Both the position numbers and the translations under genes were made by a program. From NCBI RefSeq assembly GCF_009914755.1, contig NC_060938.1: DNA of 64,000 nucleotides; one strand, written 5' to 3'. The notes beneath the pieces are model-generated. The model was given only the letters and a program-made list of their open reading frames with translations, was not told the origin of the DNA and did no database searches. Of this stretch, positions 20,446-36,205 are shown one piece after another. This stretch comes from the human T2T-CHM13v2.0 reference genome, Homo sapiens. Positions within the stretch are counted from its first letter, which is position 1. Each line of letters begins with the position of its first letter.

Positions 20446-20747
20446 GACCAGATGCAGTGGCTCACACCTGTAATCCCAACACTTTGGGAGACCAAGGCAG
20501 GTGGATTGCTTTGAGCCCAGGAGTTCAAGACCAGCCTGGGCAACATAGTGAAACCCTATCTCTACAAAATATTAGCTGGGCACAGTGGCTCGTCCTGTAT
20601 TCCCAGCTACTTGGGAGGTTTAGGTGGGAGGATTACTTGATTCCAGGAAGCAGAAGTTGCAGTGAGCTGAGATCATACCACTGCACTCCAGCCTGGATGA
20701 CAGAGTAAGACCCTGTCTCCAAAAAAAAAAAAAAAAAAAAAAAAAAA
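20446..20747 (+). mobile_element. AluJ
   Basis: J diagnostics and long A tail; no clear TSD. Confidence 0.9.
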
Positions 20748-23700
20748 TCTCAAATTAGCAACCTAACATCACACCAAGAGAAACTAGGAAAACAAGAGCA
20801 AACCAACCCCAAAGCTAGCAGAAGACAAGAAATAATCAAAATTAGAGCTGAATTGAAGGAAATTGAGACATAAAAGATTGACAAATCCAAGAGTTAGTTT
20901 TCTGAAAGAATAAATAAGATTTAGAGACTTCTGGCTAGACTAATAAAGAAAAAAGAGAAGATGTAAATAAACACAATCAGAAATTACAAAGGAGACATTA
21001 CCAGTGACCCTACAGAAATACAAAAAATCTTCAGACAACTATGAATACCTCTGTGCACACAAGCTAGAAAACCTAGAAGAAATGGATAAATTCTTGGAAA
21101 CAAAGAACCTCCCAAGATTAAACTGGAAAGAAACTGAATCTCTGAACAAACCAATAAGGAGTTCTGGAGTCAAATTAGTAATAAAAAGCCCACCAACCAG
21201 AAAAAGCCCAGGACCAGATGGATTCATGGCCAAATTTTACCAAATAAAGAATAACTGGTACCATTCCTACTGAAACTTTTCCAAAAAATTGAGGAGAAGT
21301 AACTCCTCCCTAACTCATTCTCTGAAGCTAGCATCATCCTGATACCAAAACCTGGCAGAGTCACAACAAATAAAGGAAACTTCAGGCCAATATTGTTGAT
21401 GAATGTAGATGCCAAAACCCTCAACAAAATACTGGCAAACTGAATCCAGCAGCACATTAAAAATCTAATCCACCATGATCAAGTAGGCTTTATCCCTGGG
21501 GTGCAAGTTTGGTTCAACATATGCAAATCAATAAACGTGATTCCTCACATAAACAGAACTAAAAACAAAAACCACATAATCATCTTAATAGATGCAGAAA
21601 AGACTTGATAAAATTGAACATCCCTTTATGTTAAAAATCCTTAATAAACTAGGCACTGAAGGAGCATACCTCAAAATAATTAAAGCCATCTACAAAAAAC
21701 CCACAGCCAACATTATACTGAATGGACAAAAGCTGGAAGCATTCCCCTTGAGAACAAGACAAGAACATACCCACTCTCACCACTCCTATTCAACATGGTA
21801 CTGGAAGTCCTAGCCAGAGCAATCAGGCAAGAGAAAGAAAGCATCCAAATAGGAAGAGAGGAAGTCAAACTGTCTCTGTTTGCATATGATATAATTCTAT
21901 ACCTAGAAAATCCCATAGTCTCTGCCTAAAAGCTCCTACATCTGATTAAACAACTTCAGCAACGTTTCAAGATATAAAATTAATGTACAAAAATCAGTAG
22001 CATTTCTATATGCCAACAATGTCCAAGGTGAGAGCCAAACCAATAACGTGATCCAATTCACAATAGCCACAAAAAGAGTAAAATACCTAGGAATACAGCC
22101 AAACAGGGAGATGAAAGACCTCTACCACAAAAATCACAAAACTCTGCTCAAACCGTCAGATTTGACACAAACAAATGGAAAAACACTTCATGCTCATGGA
22201 TAGGAAGAATCAATAATGTTAAAATGGCCATACTGCCCCAACCAATTTAGAGTCAATGCTATTTCTATCAATCTACCAATGGTATTCTTCACAGAATTAG
22301 AAAACTATTTCAAAACTTACATGAAAGCAAAACAGAGCACGAACAGCCACAGCAATCCTAAGCAAAAAGAACAAAGAGGTGTCACACTACCTGACTTCAG
22401 ACTATACTACAAGGCTACAGTAGCCAAAACAGCTTGCTGCTGGTACATAAATAGACACAAACCAATGTAACGTAATAGCCAAGAAAGAATGCCACACACC
22501 TACAACCATCTGATCATCAACAAAGTCAATAACAATGGGGAAAGAACTCCCTATTCAACAAGTGGCTAGCCATATGCAGAAGATTGAAAATGGACCCCTT
22601 CCTTACATCATATACAAAAATCAGCTTCAGATGGATTAATAATTTAAATGTAAAACCTAAAACTTTAAAAACCTTGAAAGGCAACCTAGGAAATACTATT
22701 CTGTAAAGGGCCCTGTCAAAGATTGCATGACAAAGATGCCAAAAGCAATTGCAACAAAAACAAAAATTGACAAATGGGACTAAACTAAAGGGTTTCTGCA
22801 AAGCAAGAGAAACTATTAACAGAGCAAAAAGGCAGCCTACAGAATGGAAGAAAATATGTGCAAACTGTGCTCCTGACAAACGTCAAATATCCAGAATCTA
22901 TAAGGAATTTAAACAAGCCAAAAACAATCCCTTTAAAAAGTGAGCAAAGGACATGAACAGACACTTTTCAAAAGACATACACAAAAGCAACAAGCATATT
23001 AAAATATGCTCAACATCACTAATCATGAAAGGAATGCAAATCAAAACCACGATGAGATACCTACCGTCTCACACCCATCAGGATAGCTATTATTAAAAAG
23101 TCAACAGATGCTGTCAAGGTTGCAAAAAAAAAAGGGAAGACTTCTACACTGCTGGTGGGAATGTAAATTAGTTCAGCCGTTGTGGAAAGCAGTTCGGTGA
23201 TTTCTCAAACTTAAAACTATCATTCATTCCAGCAACCCCATTATTGGGTATATACCCAAAGGAATGAATATAAATTTTTCTACTCTAAAGACACATACGC
23301 ATCCATGTTCATCACAGCACAATTCACAATAGTGAAGACGTAGAATCAACCTAATGGCCTGTCAGCAGTAGCCTTGATAAAGAAAATGTGGTACATAGAC
23401 AGTATGGAAGCCTATGCAGCCATTAAAAAGAACAAGATCATATCCTTTGCAGCAACATGGATGAAGCTGGTGGCCATTGTCCTAAGCTAACTAATGCAGG
23501 AGCAGAAAACCAAATACTGCATGCTCTCACTTATAAATAGGAGCTAAATATTGAGTACACAGGGACACAAACAAGGGAATGACAGACACTGGAGCCTACT
23601 TGAGGATGAAGGGTGGGAGGAGGGTGAGGGTATACATATCAGATACTATGCATATTACCTGGGTGATGAGTAATCTGTACACCAAGTGCCCATGATATGC

Positions 23701-23758
23701 AATTTACCTATATAACAAATCTATACATGTACCCCTGAAACTAATAGTTAAAAAAAAC

Positions 23759-25245
23759 TTTTGTAGTTTTAGTATTTCCATTTTTGTCTTTGATCTATTT
23801 TGAGTTAGTTTTTATATATGGCATGATGAAAGGGACCAACTTCTTTCTTTTGCCTGTGGCTATCCAGTTGTTCTAGCGCCATTTGTTGAAAAGATTGTTC
23901 GTCCCCTCATTGAATTGCTCTGACACTTCGGTCACAATTCAATTGGCCATTAATTAACAGCTTCTTTGTGCACTTTCAATTCTATTTCAATGATCTATAA
24001 GTCTATCTTCATGCCAGTACCATACTGTCTTAATTATTGGATCTTTGTCATAGGTTTCAAAATTGGGAAGTATGAATCCTCCTATTTTTTTTTTCAAGAT
24101 TGTTTTGGCTCCAGAACTGTGGGAAATAAATTTCTGTTGCTTAAAATCTGCCCAATTTGTGGTATTGTGTTATAGCAACCAAAATGGACTAAGGCAAGCA
24201 GCCTTCCATAAGTTTTGATATGTTGTGGTTTTCTTTTGTTCATCTCAAAGTATTATTTCCTTTCCCTTGTGATTCCTTCTTTAACTCATTGGTTATTTAG
24301 AAGTGTGTCTTTTAATTTTCACGTTTGTGAATTCCTGAAATTTCTTTCCATTACTGATTTCTAATTTCATTCCATTGTGTCATAGAAGATTCTATGATTT
24401 TCATCTCTTTAACATTATTGAGACTTCTTTCTATAGCCTAACGTGTGTTCTATTTTGGGGAATGCTGAGTGTTTGCTTGATGCAACGTGTGTTCTGTTGT
24501 TTGGTGGAGTGTGCTATAGATTTCTGTTATGTTTAGCTGTTTTATAGTGTTGTTCAAGTCTTCCATTACCTTGTTGATCTTCTGCCTTGTCAGCCTATCC
24601 CTTATTAAAAGTGGGATATTGAAATTTACAACTATTACTGCTGAATCTAATTCTTCCTCAATTCTATTAATCATTCATGTATTTTGGGCCTCTGTTATTA
24701 GGGACATACATGTTTGTAATTGTTATGTTTTCCTGATGGAATGGTCATTCTGTGATTATAAAATGTTCTTTTTATCTCTAGTAACAATGGTCTTAAAGTC
24801 GATTTTTCTGTTAATATTATAGCCACTCCAGCTCTTTTTAGGTTACTGTTTGCATAGCAGATCTTCTTCCTTCCTTTCACTTATTTGTTTTTGAATCTTG
24901 AGTGTCTTTAGACTTAAGCTCCAAACCCATTCTTCTTCCTTCAGTAACTGCTAGGCTGCTGTTTTTACAGTTACCATGGCTGTAAGGCTGTTCACTTTTG
25001 AGACTACTATGAAACTGTGGAGAAGGGAATGGGGATAGGGCAAGCTAGAATGTCACAAAGCTTGCTGTTTTTACCAATAGTCAGCTGCTTTTCTTGAAGA
25101 AATGCACCTCAGAGTGTTGTATACCTTTGGCTAATTTCCACAATTCTGAAAAAAATTGATTTTGACTATTTTTGCCAGGATGTTTATTGCTTCTTATGGA
25201 AAAGTCTATTTTTGGAGGTCATTACTCTACCATTCCAGAAATGTT
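23759..25245 (-). mobile_element. Continuation of old L1M(B) with internal deletions (ORF2 pieces, then 5' region)
   Basis: Endonuclease remnants (RQKINK..DLNNTI; KRAGVAII); includes an MLT1 fragment at about 24110-24196. Confidence 0.7.
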
Positions 25246-26699
25246 TCCCTAGAATCTGAATTCCCACAAGATCCTCAGATAGTTGTAGGCACATAAAAGT
25301 TTGAGAAACCTTGGTTTATAGGATATCACCTGTCCCTAAATTTTCTGGATATCTTCATTTGAAGTTATCAGGTGACCAAGGAATCTTCCAATTGGTTTGG
25401 ATTCTAACTGTATATAGGTAATATCTAATATGAAAAGTTTATATTGTCAGATCCTACAATGATTAAAAAAAAAAACAGCCTCTGTCTACCTTTGTGCTTA
25501 TTTCTGGAAATGTTTGTATGAGCCTTGATCATTTTATTTGATTGTCACTCATTAATTAACATAAAAGTTTCCACTTGGTATAATTTTTTGGCATCTTCTC
25601 ACCAAACATGGGTGTTGCTGGCTATTCTAAATGAACTCAGAATACCCTATCTCCTGACCCAAGGGTAGCCTGTTTTCTGTGACAAAGTAAACAAAATAGT
25701 TTCTTCCTAGCTTTTGTTTATTTGTTTGTTTCCTGAAAGAGCCATTGTGTTTCAAGGAGAAGAAGAAGAAGAACGGAACAGTTTGCTTCCTTGGAGTGCA
25801 ACTGTCCCCGGGCTGGTTAGGAGGTGTAATGTGGAGCAAAGGCCGTGCGCTGAGAGGAAATATGGCCTGGTTTCCCTCTGCCTCATCCTGGGTTCTCCTC
25901 TCACCATTTCTACTCATCTTCTTACACATCTTTCTTTTTCCTTCTTTCTTCCTATTTCTTCCCCATTTGTCTTATTCAGTAAGAACTCATTTATTGGTCA
26001 GTTCACAGGATTTTCTGCTTTTCAGAGAAATTTTGGAGCAAAACTTGATTTCCTTTTCTGATCTGTGACCCTATGTCCTTTCTGGCCTTGTCTGCCTCTC
26101 TTAGCCTGAACCTTTCCCTTTTCTCTTTCCTTATTGTCCCAACATTTTTAAGTAAAAAAATTATGTTGAGAGCACATCTCTTCCTCTTGGACATGGATGT
26201 AGAATTTGCCAAATTAACCACTCATGTCCATCCTTAATGTCCTACAACCAGGCCACTCTGCCATTAGAGAGAAGCAACTTTTTTTTCAGTATAGAAGAAA
26301 AGGAGGAGTTATGCTTCAAAGGAGAAAAATACTTCACCACCTCAATTGCTAATTTTGCTGAAGTCTTCAAAAATAACAAAATAAAATGTAAATCAATAGC
26401 TGCATGAAGAGGAACAGGCACTAGAACCGAGCTGTCTTGGACAAGAAGACGGGTGGGTACTGCTCAGGCTGAAATGCATTGGCTTGGATTTAACATATAG
26501 ATGAAGCACAGCTCGGTGCCTTTAGCTGGTAAGAATCAAATCGTGAGGCTAAACACTAAATTAGCTGTGTGCCTGTACCTCACAGCAGAGCCAAAATGAG
26601 GCACTGTTTTTTTATCCCTGCACCTTCCGATGCCTGCCAAAAAGAATTCAAGCAAGGAAAAATATGCCTCCTGTTGTTTGGGGGAGTTACAAGATACAT

Positions 26700-26915
26700 T
26701 TAAAAATTGATTTATGGTTTAATCGCTTTTGAAGCTTCATTATTCCAAGTATTAGCGTGAAAGACCATCTGATCCAGCAGACTTATTTGTTAATGCACCG
26801 ACAGCAGCAACAGATGTGCTGTTTTTCATCTACAACCCGATCTGCTGGCTGATTCATCTGCTTCCGTTTTCATTTTCCTGTCATTGATTTATTAATGATG
26901 TCTTACTTATCTGTG
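26700..26915. promoter_or_regulatory. Candidate developmental enhancer (PBX-HOX, MEIS, E-box, GATA cluster)
   Basis: TGATTTATGG 26708-26717; CTGTCA 26878-26883 next to TGATTTAT 26885-26892; CAGATG/CATCTG at 26766, 26811 and 26855; CTTATCT 26906. Lies in apparently non-repetitive DNA. Confidence 0.35.
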
Positions 26916-29274
26916 GTTCTTTTATGGGGTGGGCTTCCTCTGGCATGGTCTCAAGAGAGATGTTTTTGCACCTTCCCCAGGCATCAAAAACCCAGCCCCC
27001 TTCTCCGGTGTTCTTTATCACCACTCCAGAGATTAGAGACTTTAATCATTTAGTAACTGAAATAACCTCCGTGGCTTGCAGAGTTTATGGCCAATTTGTC
27101 TTCATTGCACCGAATTCAACTGCTTTTCTTTGCTAAGGAATGGGCCTTGCTTATTATGCTCCTTCTTTGCACCAGAGGGAATCAGTGTGTTGTCTACAGA
27201 CCCAATGCAGATAGTGGGTGGCTATGAGTGGCTCAGGACCATGAAAGTATGGCTCAGAGAACACATGTATGTATACCATAGGGCTATTAGCATGTTGAGT
27301 TGCTTAGAGTTTGGCTGTGGCTTTCAGCTCCAAGTAGCAAAGGAAGGGTAGACAGGAGGGTTGAAATTCTGGGACCATTTGCAGGACCATCACTGGGATT
27401 GTCTACTCCAAATGCCACATGGACCCCTTTTGTTGTCTATGTTAAAAAGGAAAAAAAAAGACCTTGGTTTGTTTTGAAACCTGAGACCCCTAGAAAACTT
27501 AAGATGCTGGGTAATTGAGACTTACAAAGATGTATTTCACCTAAATTTTACCTGAGAATCTGAAAACGATGACTTGTTATGCAGTTAAGGTTTGTAAAAC
27601 TCCATATGTGTTAGGTAGGTCGTTGTAGACGATGTCATGATTCTCTGTCTAGATCCTCCCAGCAGCCTCAAGCACTCATTCCATCTCCCCAAGGCTGACA
27701 ACTCTTAACTAAGTCCTTGTTTGGGACTTGTTCTGGGTTAAAGAGAGCCAGTCACCTTGACCAAGGTTACACTTCCTTCCAAGGGGCAACCCTTACTGGG
27801 TGCCTGCCCCACTCATCTCAACTTGAGACCACGCTGCAGGGCCATCCTGGCTCCAGAGCTCGCCATGGGATCAGTGAGGCCTCTGTTGTGGTAGCATCGT
27901 GGTTCATCTTCTCCCTTGGCCCAGTTCTGCTTCCTTCACTGTCCTAAAAGAGATGGTCCCCAGAGCAGTTCCACTTCCTAATAAGCTTTTTGTGGGCAAA
28001 ACTGTCTCAGATTTTCTCAGGGATCCAAACCTGCAACAGTTGGTACAAAGAGTGATAAATCACCAGAAGTCTTCCTTTGCAGCATATACAGAGACTCATC
28101 TCCTGCAGTTGGAGAGCTGATAAACTGAAGGACGGCCAAGGGCTTAATCAAGAAAGTAGCAGAGCTCCAGAGAAGGTTGCGTTCTTAGCCCTGACAGGTC
28201 TGCTGTGCTAAGGCCTGGAGTGGGACCTGGGCCTGGGATAGGTATATCTGGGTTGGTGTACTAGAAAAGTGGGAATTTCCAGATTCTTCTGAACCCTCTG
28301 GGACCACAGTTGGGTCCCACTGCTCTTTGTTAAAGGCTAATGCTCCTCCCTTGCCTGAAGATGTCACAGAGGTCTCTGTTTTACAAGGCAACATGCTCCT
28401 CCTCCCCCAAATCCGCTCACAGCTTCCCTCTTGATCAACAGGCATGTGAATAGGGTTGAGTCATACCTTGACTTGTTTGGGGAAGCAGTGGGTCTGCTGG
28501 AAAAGAAAAAGGCTGCACTGGAAAGGGGCTGCAGGACCTAAATAACACATACTGGCAAAAGCCAGGATACTACCCGTAGGACTGGATTCTGCGAGTTCTG
28601 GATCCTAGACAGAAAATAAAGTTGGACAAGGGAGAGTTTAGGGATATGAGAATCCTCTCCCATGATACAGAATATAACACCCTGACAAGGACCCCAAGAA
28701 AACAATCTAAATGCTGCTATGATGTATCTTGGAACTTGGAGAAATAGATGGCTCATACTATATGAAGTGGAAGTGTCAGAACTACCATGGAAAATGCCAG
28801 AGACAGGACCAAAGGACTCAGAGAAGCAGGCATGTTGGAGTGGATATGCTATTTAAGGCCAGAAAGTCCTTGGAATATGCTTCCTCTAGAACTTGTGTAC
28901 TCATACACTGGGAAAAAGGGAATACCCAAATATTTCAGAGACAGTTGGACACAGAGTCTAAGCTGATATTGACACCTGGGGAGCTGAAGTGTCATCTAGA
29001 CCGCCTGTTAAAGTGTAGACACATGGAGTCCAGATAGTAAGTGAGGAGCTGGTCAGGTCCATCTCTTAGGGTGTCTACTGGTGCACAGATCCACCAGGAA
29101 GTCTCTTTCTCAGCCCTGGAATGTATAATTGGAACAGATGTAATCAGTGATTGACAAAACACCCATGTTAGCTCCTTAGCTGTGGGGTAAGAGCTATTAA
29201 TGCAAGGAAGGCTGAATGAAAACCATCTCCTCACCTCATTGGCCAAGATAGTAAATAGAAAACAACTTCACAAC

Positions 29275-29824
29275 TGTATTAGAGTTCTTCAGAGAGAGAA
29301 CCAATAGTATGTACATATAGATATGTGAGAGGCAATTTATCAGGGGAATTGGCTCACATGATTATGGAGGCTGAGATGTCCATGATGTGCCTTCTGTAAG
29401 CTGGAAAACCAGGGAAGCCAGCATCGTGGCTCCATTCAAGTCTGGAGGCCTCAGAACCGGGGAAGCCGATGGTGTAACTCTGTTAGAGACCAAAGGCCTG
29501 TGAACCTGAGGGCTACTGGTGGAAGTTCTGGAGTACAAAGGCCAGAGAACCAGGGATTCTGATATCCAACGGCAGGAGAAGGAGGATGTCCCAGCTCCAG
29601 AAGAGGGAGAAATAATTCACCTTTCCTCTGCCTTTTTGTCCTATCTGGGTCCTCAGCCAATTGGATGGTGTCACCCCCATTGGGTGAGGGTGGATCTTCC
29701 TTAGTTCACCGATTCAAATGCCAACCTCTTCCAGAAACATCCTTACAAGCATACCCAGAAATAATGCTTTACCAGCTATCTGGATATCCTTTAATCCAAT
29801 CAACACCCAAAATTAACCATCACA
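29275..29824 (-). mobile_element. MLT2 (B-like) solo LTR nested in the provirus
   Basis: TGTATTAG...AATTAACCATCACA termini; exact 5-bp TSD acaac. Confidence 0.9.
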
Positions 29825-30492
29825 ACAACCAAGGGGCAATGAATGTCAAAGACTAGTGCAATTTTTAAAGACCTAAAAGGATGCGGGGGGAGGAGGAGAG
29901 TGGTCCCCATCATGTCCCAACTAATGAGCCAGTCTGCCCCCCTACAAAAGGCAGACAGATCTTGAAGAGTGAAACAGTGGATTACTGTAAACTCAACCAA
30001 ATAGTAGCCACGATTTGCTACGATGATCAACTTGGTCTTGAGACACAGTATGTGGCTTTTAATATGGATAATGTGGGGTTTTTTTGTTCTAGTGAGAAAG
30101 GAAGATCAGAAATAGTTCGTGATCACTTTGGACAGACAAAAGAATACAAGTGTGATCTTTTCCCAGGACTATGTTAACTCTCAAACCCTTTGTCTTAAAG
30201 TAAGGTGGAAGTGGTGTATCTGAGAATTGGCACAAAAAGGGCCACAGGGCGTAAGTAGGCTGCACGAGCAGGTGGCCCAGATCCCTGTGGCATCCACTGA
30301 GAAACTGGTGCTTCTCCCTCAGCCACATGGGGGATTCTGTTATGACCACCTGACAATGGAGAGTAAAGGTCAAATTTGGTACATGGGTGGCTCAGCTCAG
30401 CATGTAGGTGTAAGCTGGAAAGCCTCACAATGGGCACAGCTTTGGGTGATTCACCTGTCTATCTATTTTGGGTGAAAAGAATAGTCATCTGA

Positions 30493-30801
<309 letters not shown>

Positions 30802-31822
30802 TGAGGTTGGAATCTTTATAGACAATGATAAATACTTGGCTGGTTGGTCGGGGGCCTGGAAGGAGAAAGATGAGAAGATTGAGGATAAGGAAATCAGAGG
30901 AAGAGGGGCCACAGAGAGAGAGGATGCCCAATGCAGATGGGGTGTCACCCTCCAGGATGCTGGGTATACTCTAAATCAACAACCATTAAATGGCAATGCA
31001 GAAGTGTAAAGGTCTGGCCTGCTCATCCCAATTCAGGAGAGCTCTGCAGGGTCACCCAGCCCCAAAGTTCCCTGTGGGACTCACTGAAGCTTTTTGGGCT
31101 GTATCATGGTCCTTCTGCAACTGCCCAGTTCTGAGTCCTTCATACCCCCACAAGTGTGATACTGAGAGCACTCCCTAGTAAACTACCTGCATGCAAACCA
31201 TTAGATAGATTGAAGGGTTCTGGGGACCGAGAGGTGGAAGTAGGAGTGACCCTGCTTTCTGTCACTCCCAGTGACTGACTTGGAGAATTTGTGGTTTTTG
31301 GCTTCACAACTCTGGCTTTTGTGGTTCAGAGGTCCTGGTTCCCAGAATGGAAATGCATCCACCACAGGACATAGCAAGTAGCCCACTAAACCTCAGACTA
31401 TGGCTTCCACCTGGTTGTGGCAAGCTTCTTATGCCAGGCAAAGAGAGGAGTCACCATTCTAGCTGGAATAACTGACCCTGATCATCAGAAGGAAGGAGAG
31501 CTGGAAAAAGTGAGTGGCACCAGGTGATCTGCTTGGATGCCTCCTGACTCTCTTGCCCCACTTTGATGAGAAATGAACAAGAGCAGCATCCATGGCTTGA
31601 GAAGTACATAGTGACCAGGCACCTAAGCTACTCGGGGATGAGAGTATGGACCACTCCCCAGGTAAACCATCTAAACCATTACGGCACTAGCTAGAGAAGA
31701 TGATGGGGATCTAGAATGGATAGTAAAGAGGAGAATGGTGAGAACCAGTTATACCCCAAGATCAGCTGCTGTGGCAAGAGTTGTAGTTTATACCACTAAC
31801 TTTTGTCTTAAAAGTGTCTTCC

Positions 31823-32348
<526 letters not shown>

Positions 32349-33925
32349 TCACATTCTTCTCTCCTGGGCAGCCCACATTCAATGAGTGACCACGCAGGAG
32401 TGTTAAGACCTGTCCTCCTCACTCCAATTCAGGACAACTCTGCAAAGCCAGCCCAGCCTCAGAGCTCCCAGTGGAATAAGCTGAGACTTTTGCTTGTGAC
32501 TACATCACTGCTGAGTTTCTCCCACTGCCCAATCTGGCCTCCTTCACTCCCCCGTGGATGGCACTCCCCGATAAGCTACCTGCATGCAATCTCCATCTCA
32601 CATTCTGTTTCCTGGAGACACCACCTGAGATCATCGCTGCAGGTGTCTTCATAACTGGTATTTGTATTTACAAAGCTCCATACCACTTTTAATCTGACAG
32701 GTGGGGTAATGCAAGCTCAGCCAAAAGGGAAACTAAAAAAGGGAAGAAGCTATTTTTTGACCTGTCCCTTAATAATTCAGTGGCCAGGTCTTACATGGGC
32801 CATAGGCCTTCTCTGTCCTCAAAGTCCAAGGTCGGTCCTTTGTCCTGGTGGGTCACCAGGGCCACTCACACTCTGACAATGAGATCGTCCAGTTCTACAC
32901 CTACCTCCCTCTTTCTTCTGACCCCACCTCCCACCACTGGCATATCAGGACTGTATTAAGGAGTGGTGGGAAGGGATAGAAAAGATAATCTATGAAACAG
33001 ATCAGTCGGAAGTTAACAAGAAGATTGCTAATCAGCTGCATCGCTGTGAAGTCCAAGCTCTTTGCAAATGTTCTTCCACCATCCTCCTGCAAGCCCCCAT
33101 GGAGTGGGATCCATGAGGAAATCCTCCTGCAGACTTCTACTCCAGTGCATTTTGCCTTTGTAAATTAAAGTGTGCAATTTGCCCTCCTTGTGTTTGGGAA
33201 TGTATCAGGTCTGAAACCTAAATCCTTTCAAGTGAACCAAAACTTCTCTCCACCCTAATGACACCAGAAGTTGACTGCTTCATGCAACCTGCTCCCCTGC
33301 CTCCCTGCCTGCAAAAGGGTGTGCTGTTATTGGGGAAGGTGGCTGCTTAATGTCTCAGAAGAGCTGGAACTTTAATGGCCTCAAGTCTGAGTTTCCACTA
33401 GCCTCCTCTGCACTGCTGGGTTTTCTTTGGGAGTCTTCAGAGATCCCTGAACAGTGACGGTTCATCGGCTCTTCTGGACCTTTCTTAACTTTGTGCCTTA
33501 CATGCGCTCTGATTCAGTTCAGAGTTTGCTTTGCTTCCTACCTTCCTTGCTCCCAAGCCCTCAGGTTCATCTCTCATGCTCTGCCTTACTCTTTTGGGCT
33601 AAGCAAATGCAGGGCCAGGCCTGCGGATTAAATGTTGTGGAGACTTCTTTTAACTTTTCCATTTTAAATTTCAGCCTCACTTAATTGAATTGCAAAGTTA
33701 AATGTCCATGAGACGGGAACAGAGCAGCTTTAAGATTGGAGAAGGAATGCAAAATTCAAATTCTCACAGCTTCTTACTGAAAAATATCATGATCCACTTG
33801 GATGAAGCCAACACTGTTGGAAATGCCACTCCCACGCTGCCCTTGGCTCTGCCTGTCTGCAAGGACTGATGATTTTCAACTGGAAGGACCAGCCACAGCC
33901 AGTCCCCAAGCTGATCAGAACAAAG

Positions 33926-34045
33926 CTGAGAAGTTTATCCAGGGTTCCTTACCTATCATGCATGAGACATAGAATTAAGCTGTCTGAGAAGTTTATCCAG
34001 GATTCCTTACCCATCATGCATGAGATATAGAATTAAGCTGTCTGA
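33926..34045 (+). repeat. 58-bp tandem duplication (2 copies)
   Basis: ctgagaagtttatccagg...gaattaagctgt starts at 33926 and 33984; 3 mismatches. Confidence 0.95.
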
Positions 34046-35404
34046 AGCTTGGTTGCTGCTTAAGGAACTGCTGGTCTCTTGAGTAACTCTCTTAGTGTGT
34101 AATCCATATAGCAGAGAGATTTTGCCCTGCCTCATCAACTCCTCTTTCCTCCTTGGCCTGGAGCTGCCCCCTAGTTCAACACCATGACAGTCTGCTTAAC
34201 TCTTTCTCCCTGTAGAGCTACATACGTTTTTACCCCCATTTCCTCCTATCCTAGCTTTAAGCTGTTCTGCTTCAATCCACACAATGGATGTGGATTACAT
34301 TCCTTCTTGGAAGGTGCAGCTACTACCCAGGTGCTAAGGGGTACTTCCTTCATTCAGAGATACCATCAGTTAGACTTGAATACTTACTACTTGAATCTAC
34401 CTGAAAAATAATAGTGCCATACTGGAGTGAACCCACACTTCCCATATTCCCAACCCATTACTTTTGGGGGACTGGTCATCTTCCTCAGAAGCAATGCTAT
34501 AGCTGGATCTTCTGTCTGGTCCTGATCCCTACCAATTCCAGCCTGTTTTCATTTCCTTAACAGTGCACTACTGAGGGCCTTGGGTTACTTGCAGCTGATC
34601 CACAATTGACATACAAATAACTTCCAGTAGGGATAGAGCTTGAAAATATGCTCCCAGCAATCTTACCTAGGATTGTATTGTGCAGTTAGACACCAGGCTG
34701 GGTTATTATGCTATGCTGTGAGGCCAATGATTCTTATATATATTTCCCACTCCAGAACCTTTTAAAGTCAGAGATCACTTTACATGAAATGCACACCTGG
34801 TCCAAAAAAATGCCATTGAAATGCACCTTGGAAAATAATAGCTTAACGTGAACAATTCAAGTAAAAGCTGTCTTTCTTTTCCTCTTGTGAAAGCCATAAG
34901 AATTAAGTTTCATGTCTCCAGTTTCTGCCAGTATAATACTGAATTTAAGTTCTTGGGGATATTAGTTTAAGTAATGTACTAACTACTTCTGAAGGCTGAA
35001 TTTCTAATGTATCTCAGAAACTGGATATGGGAAAAATAGAGTTTTATCTAGACGTGCATTTATTTCCAAAACTGGTGAGGCACAGCAGTTGAGTTCTCAC
35101 TGGAGTGACCCATGCGAGACCTAAATATCCATTTCTGTCTGTTACATATTTTTATGTGCCTTAGGTTTTACAAAAATCCCTTGCTCCATATTTACCCAAC
35201 TATAGAATATAATTAGAGTTTGACACTCACCTCCCCTTTGAGAAAAGGAACTGAGAAAATTCAGTTCTATGAAAGTTGAAATATTTTGTAGATATTTGTT
35301 TAATAAATATTGTTAGAGAAATTTTTCTAAATGGAATAGACGGTTTTTAATCCTAACTGGAATTCAGTACTTTTCAGCTACAAATCTGACATGATGTGAT
35401 TGTG

Positions 35405-36205
<801 letters not shown>

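Larger units (their letters stand above)
19211..23758 (+). mobile_element. L1PA13-16-like element: nearly all of a degenerate ORF2 plus 3'UTR and A tail
   Basis: EN (VKGSIQQ..IVGDFNT), [18 protein letters not shown] and [10 protein letters not shown] fragments with many stops and frameshifts. Confidence 0.9.

Noticed and set aside
33926-34045. CRISPR-like repeat
   Set aside because: Two adjacent copies with no spacer, in a eukaryotic context.
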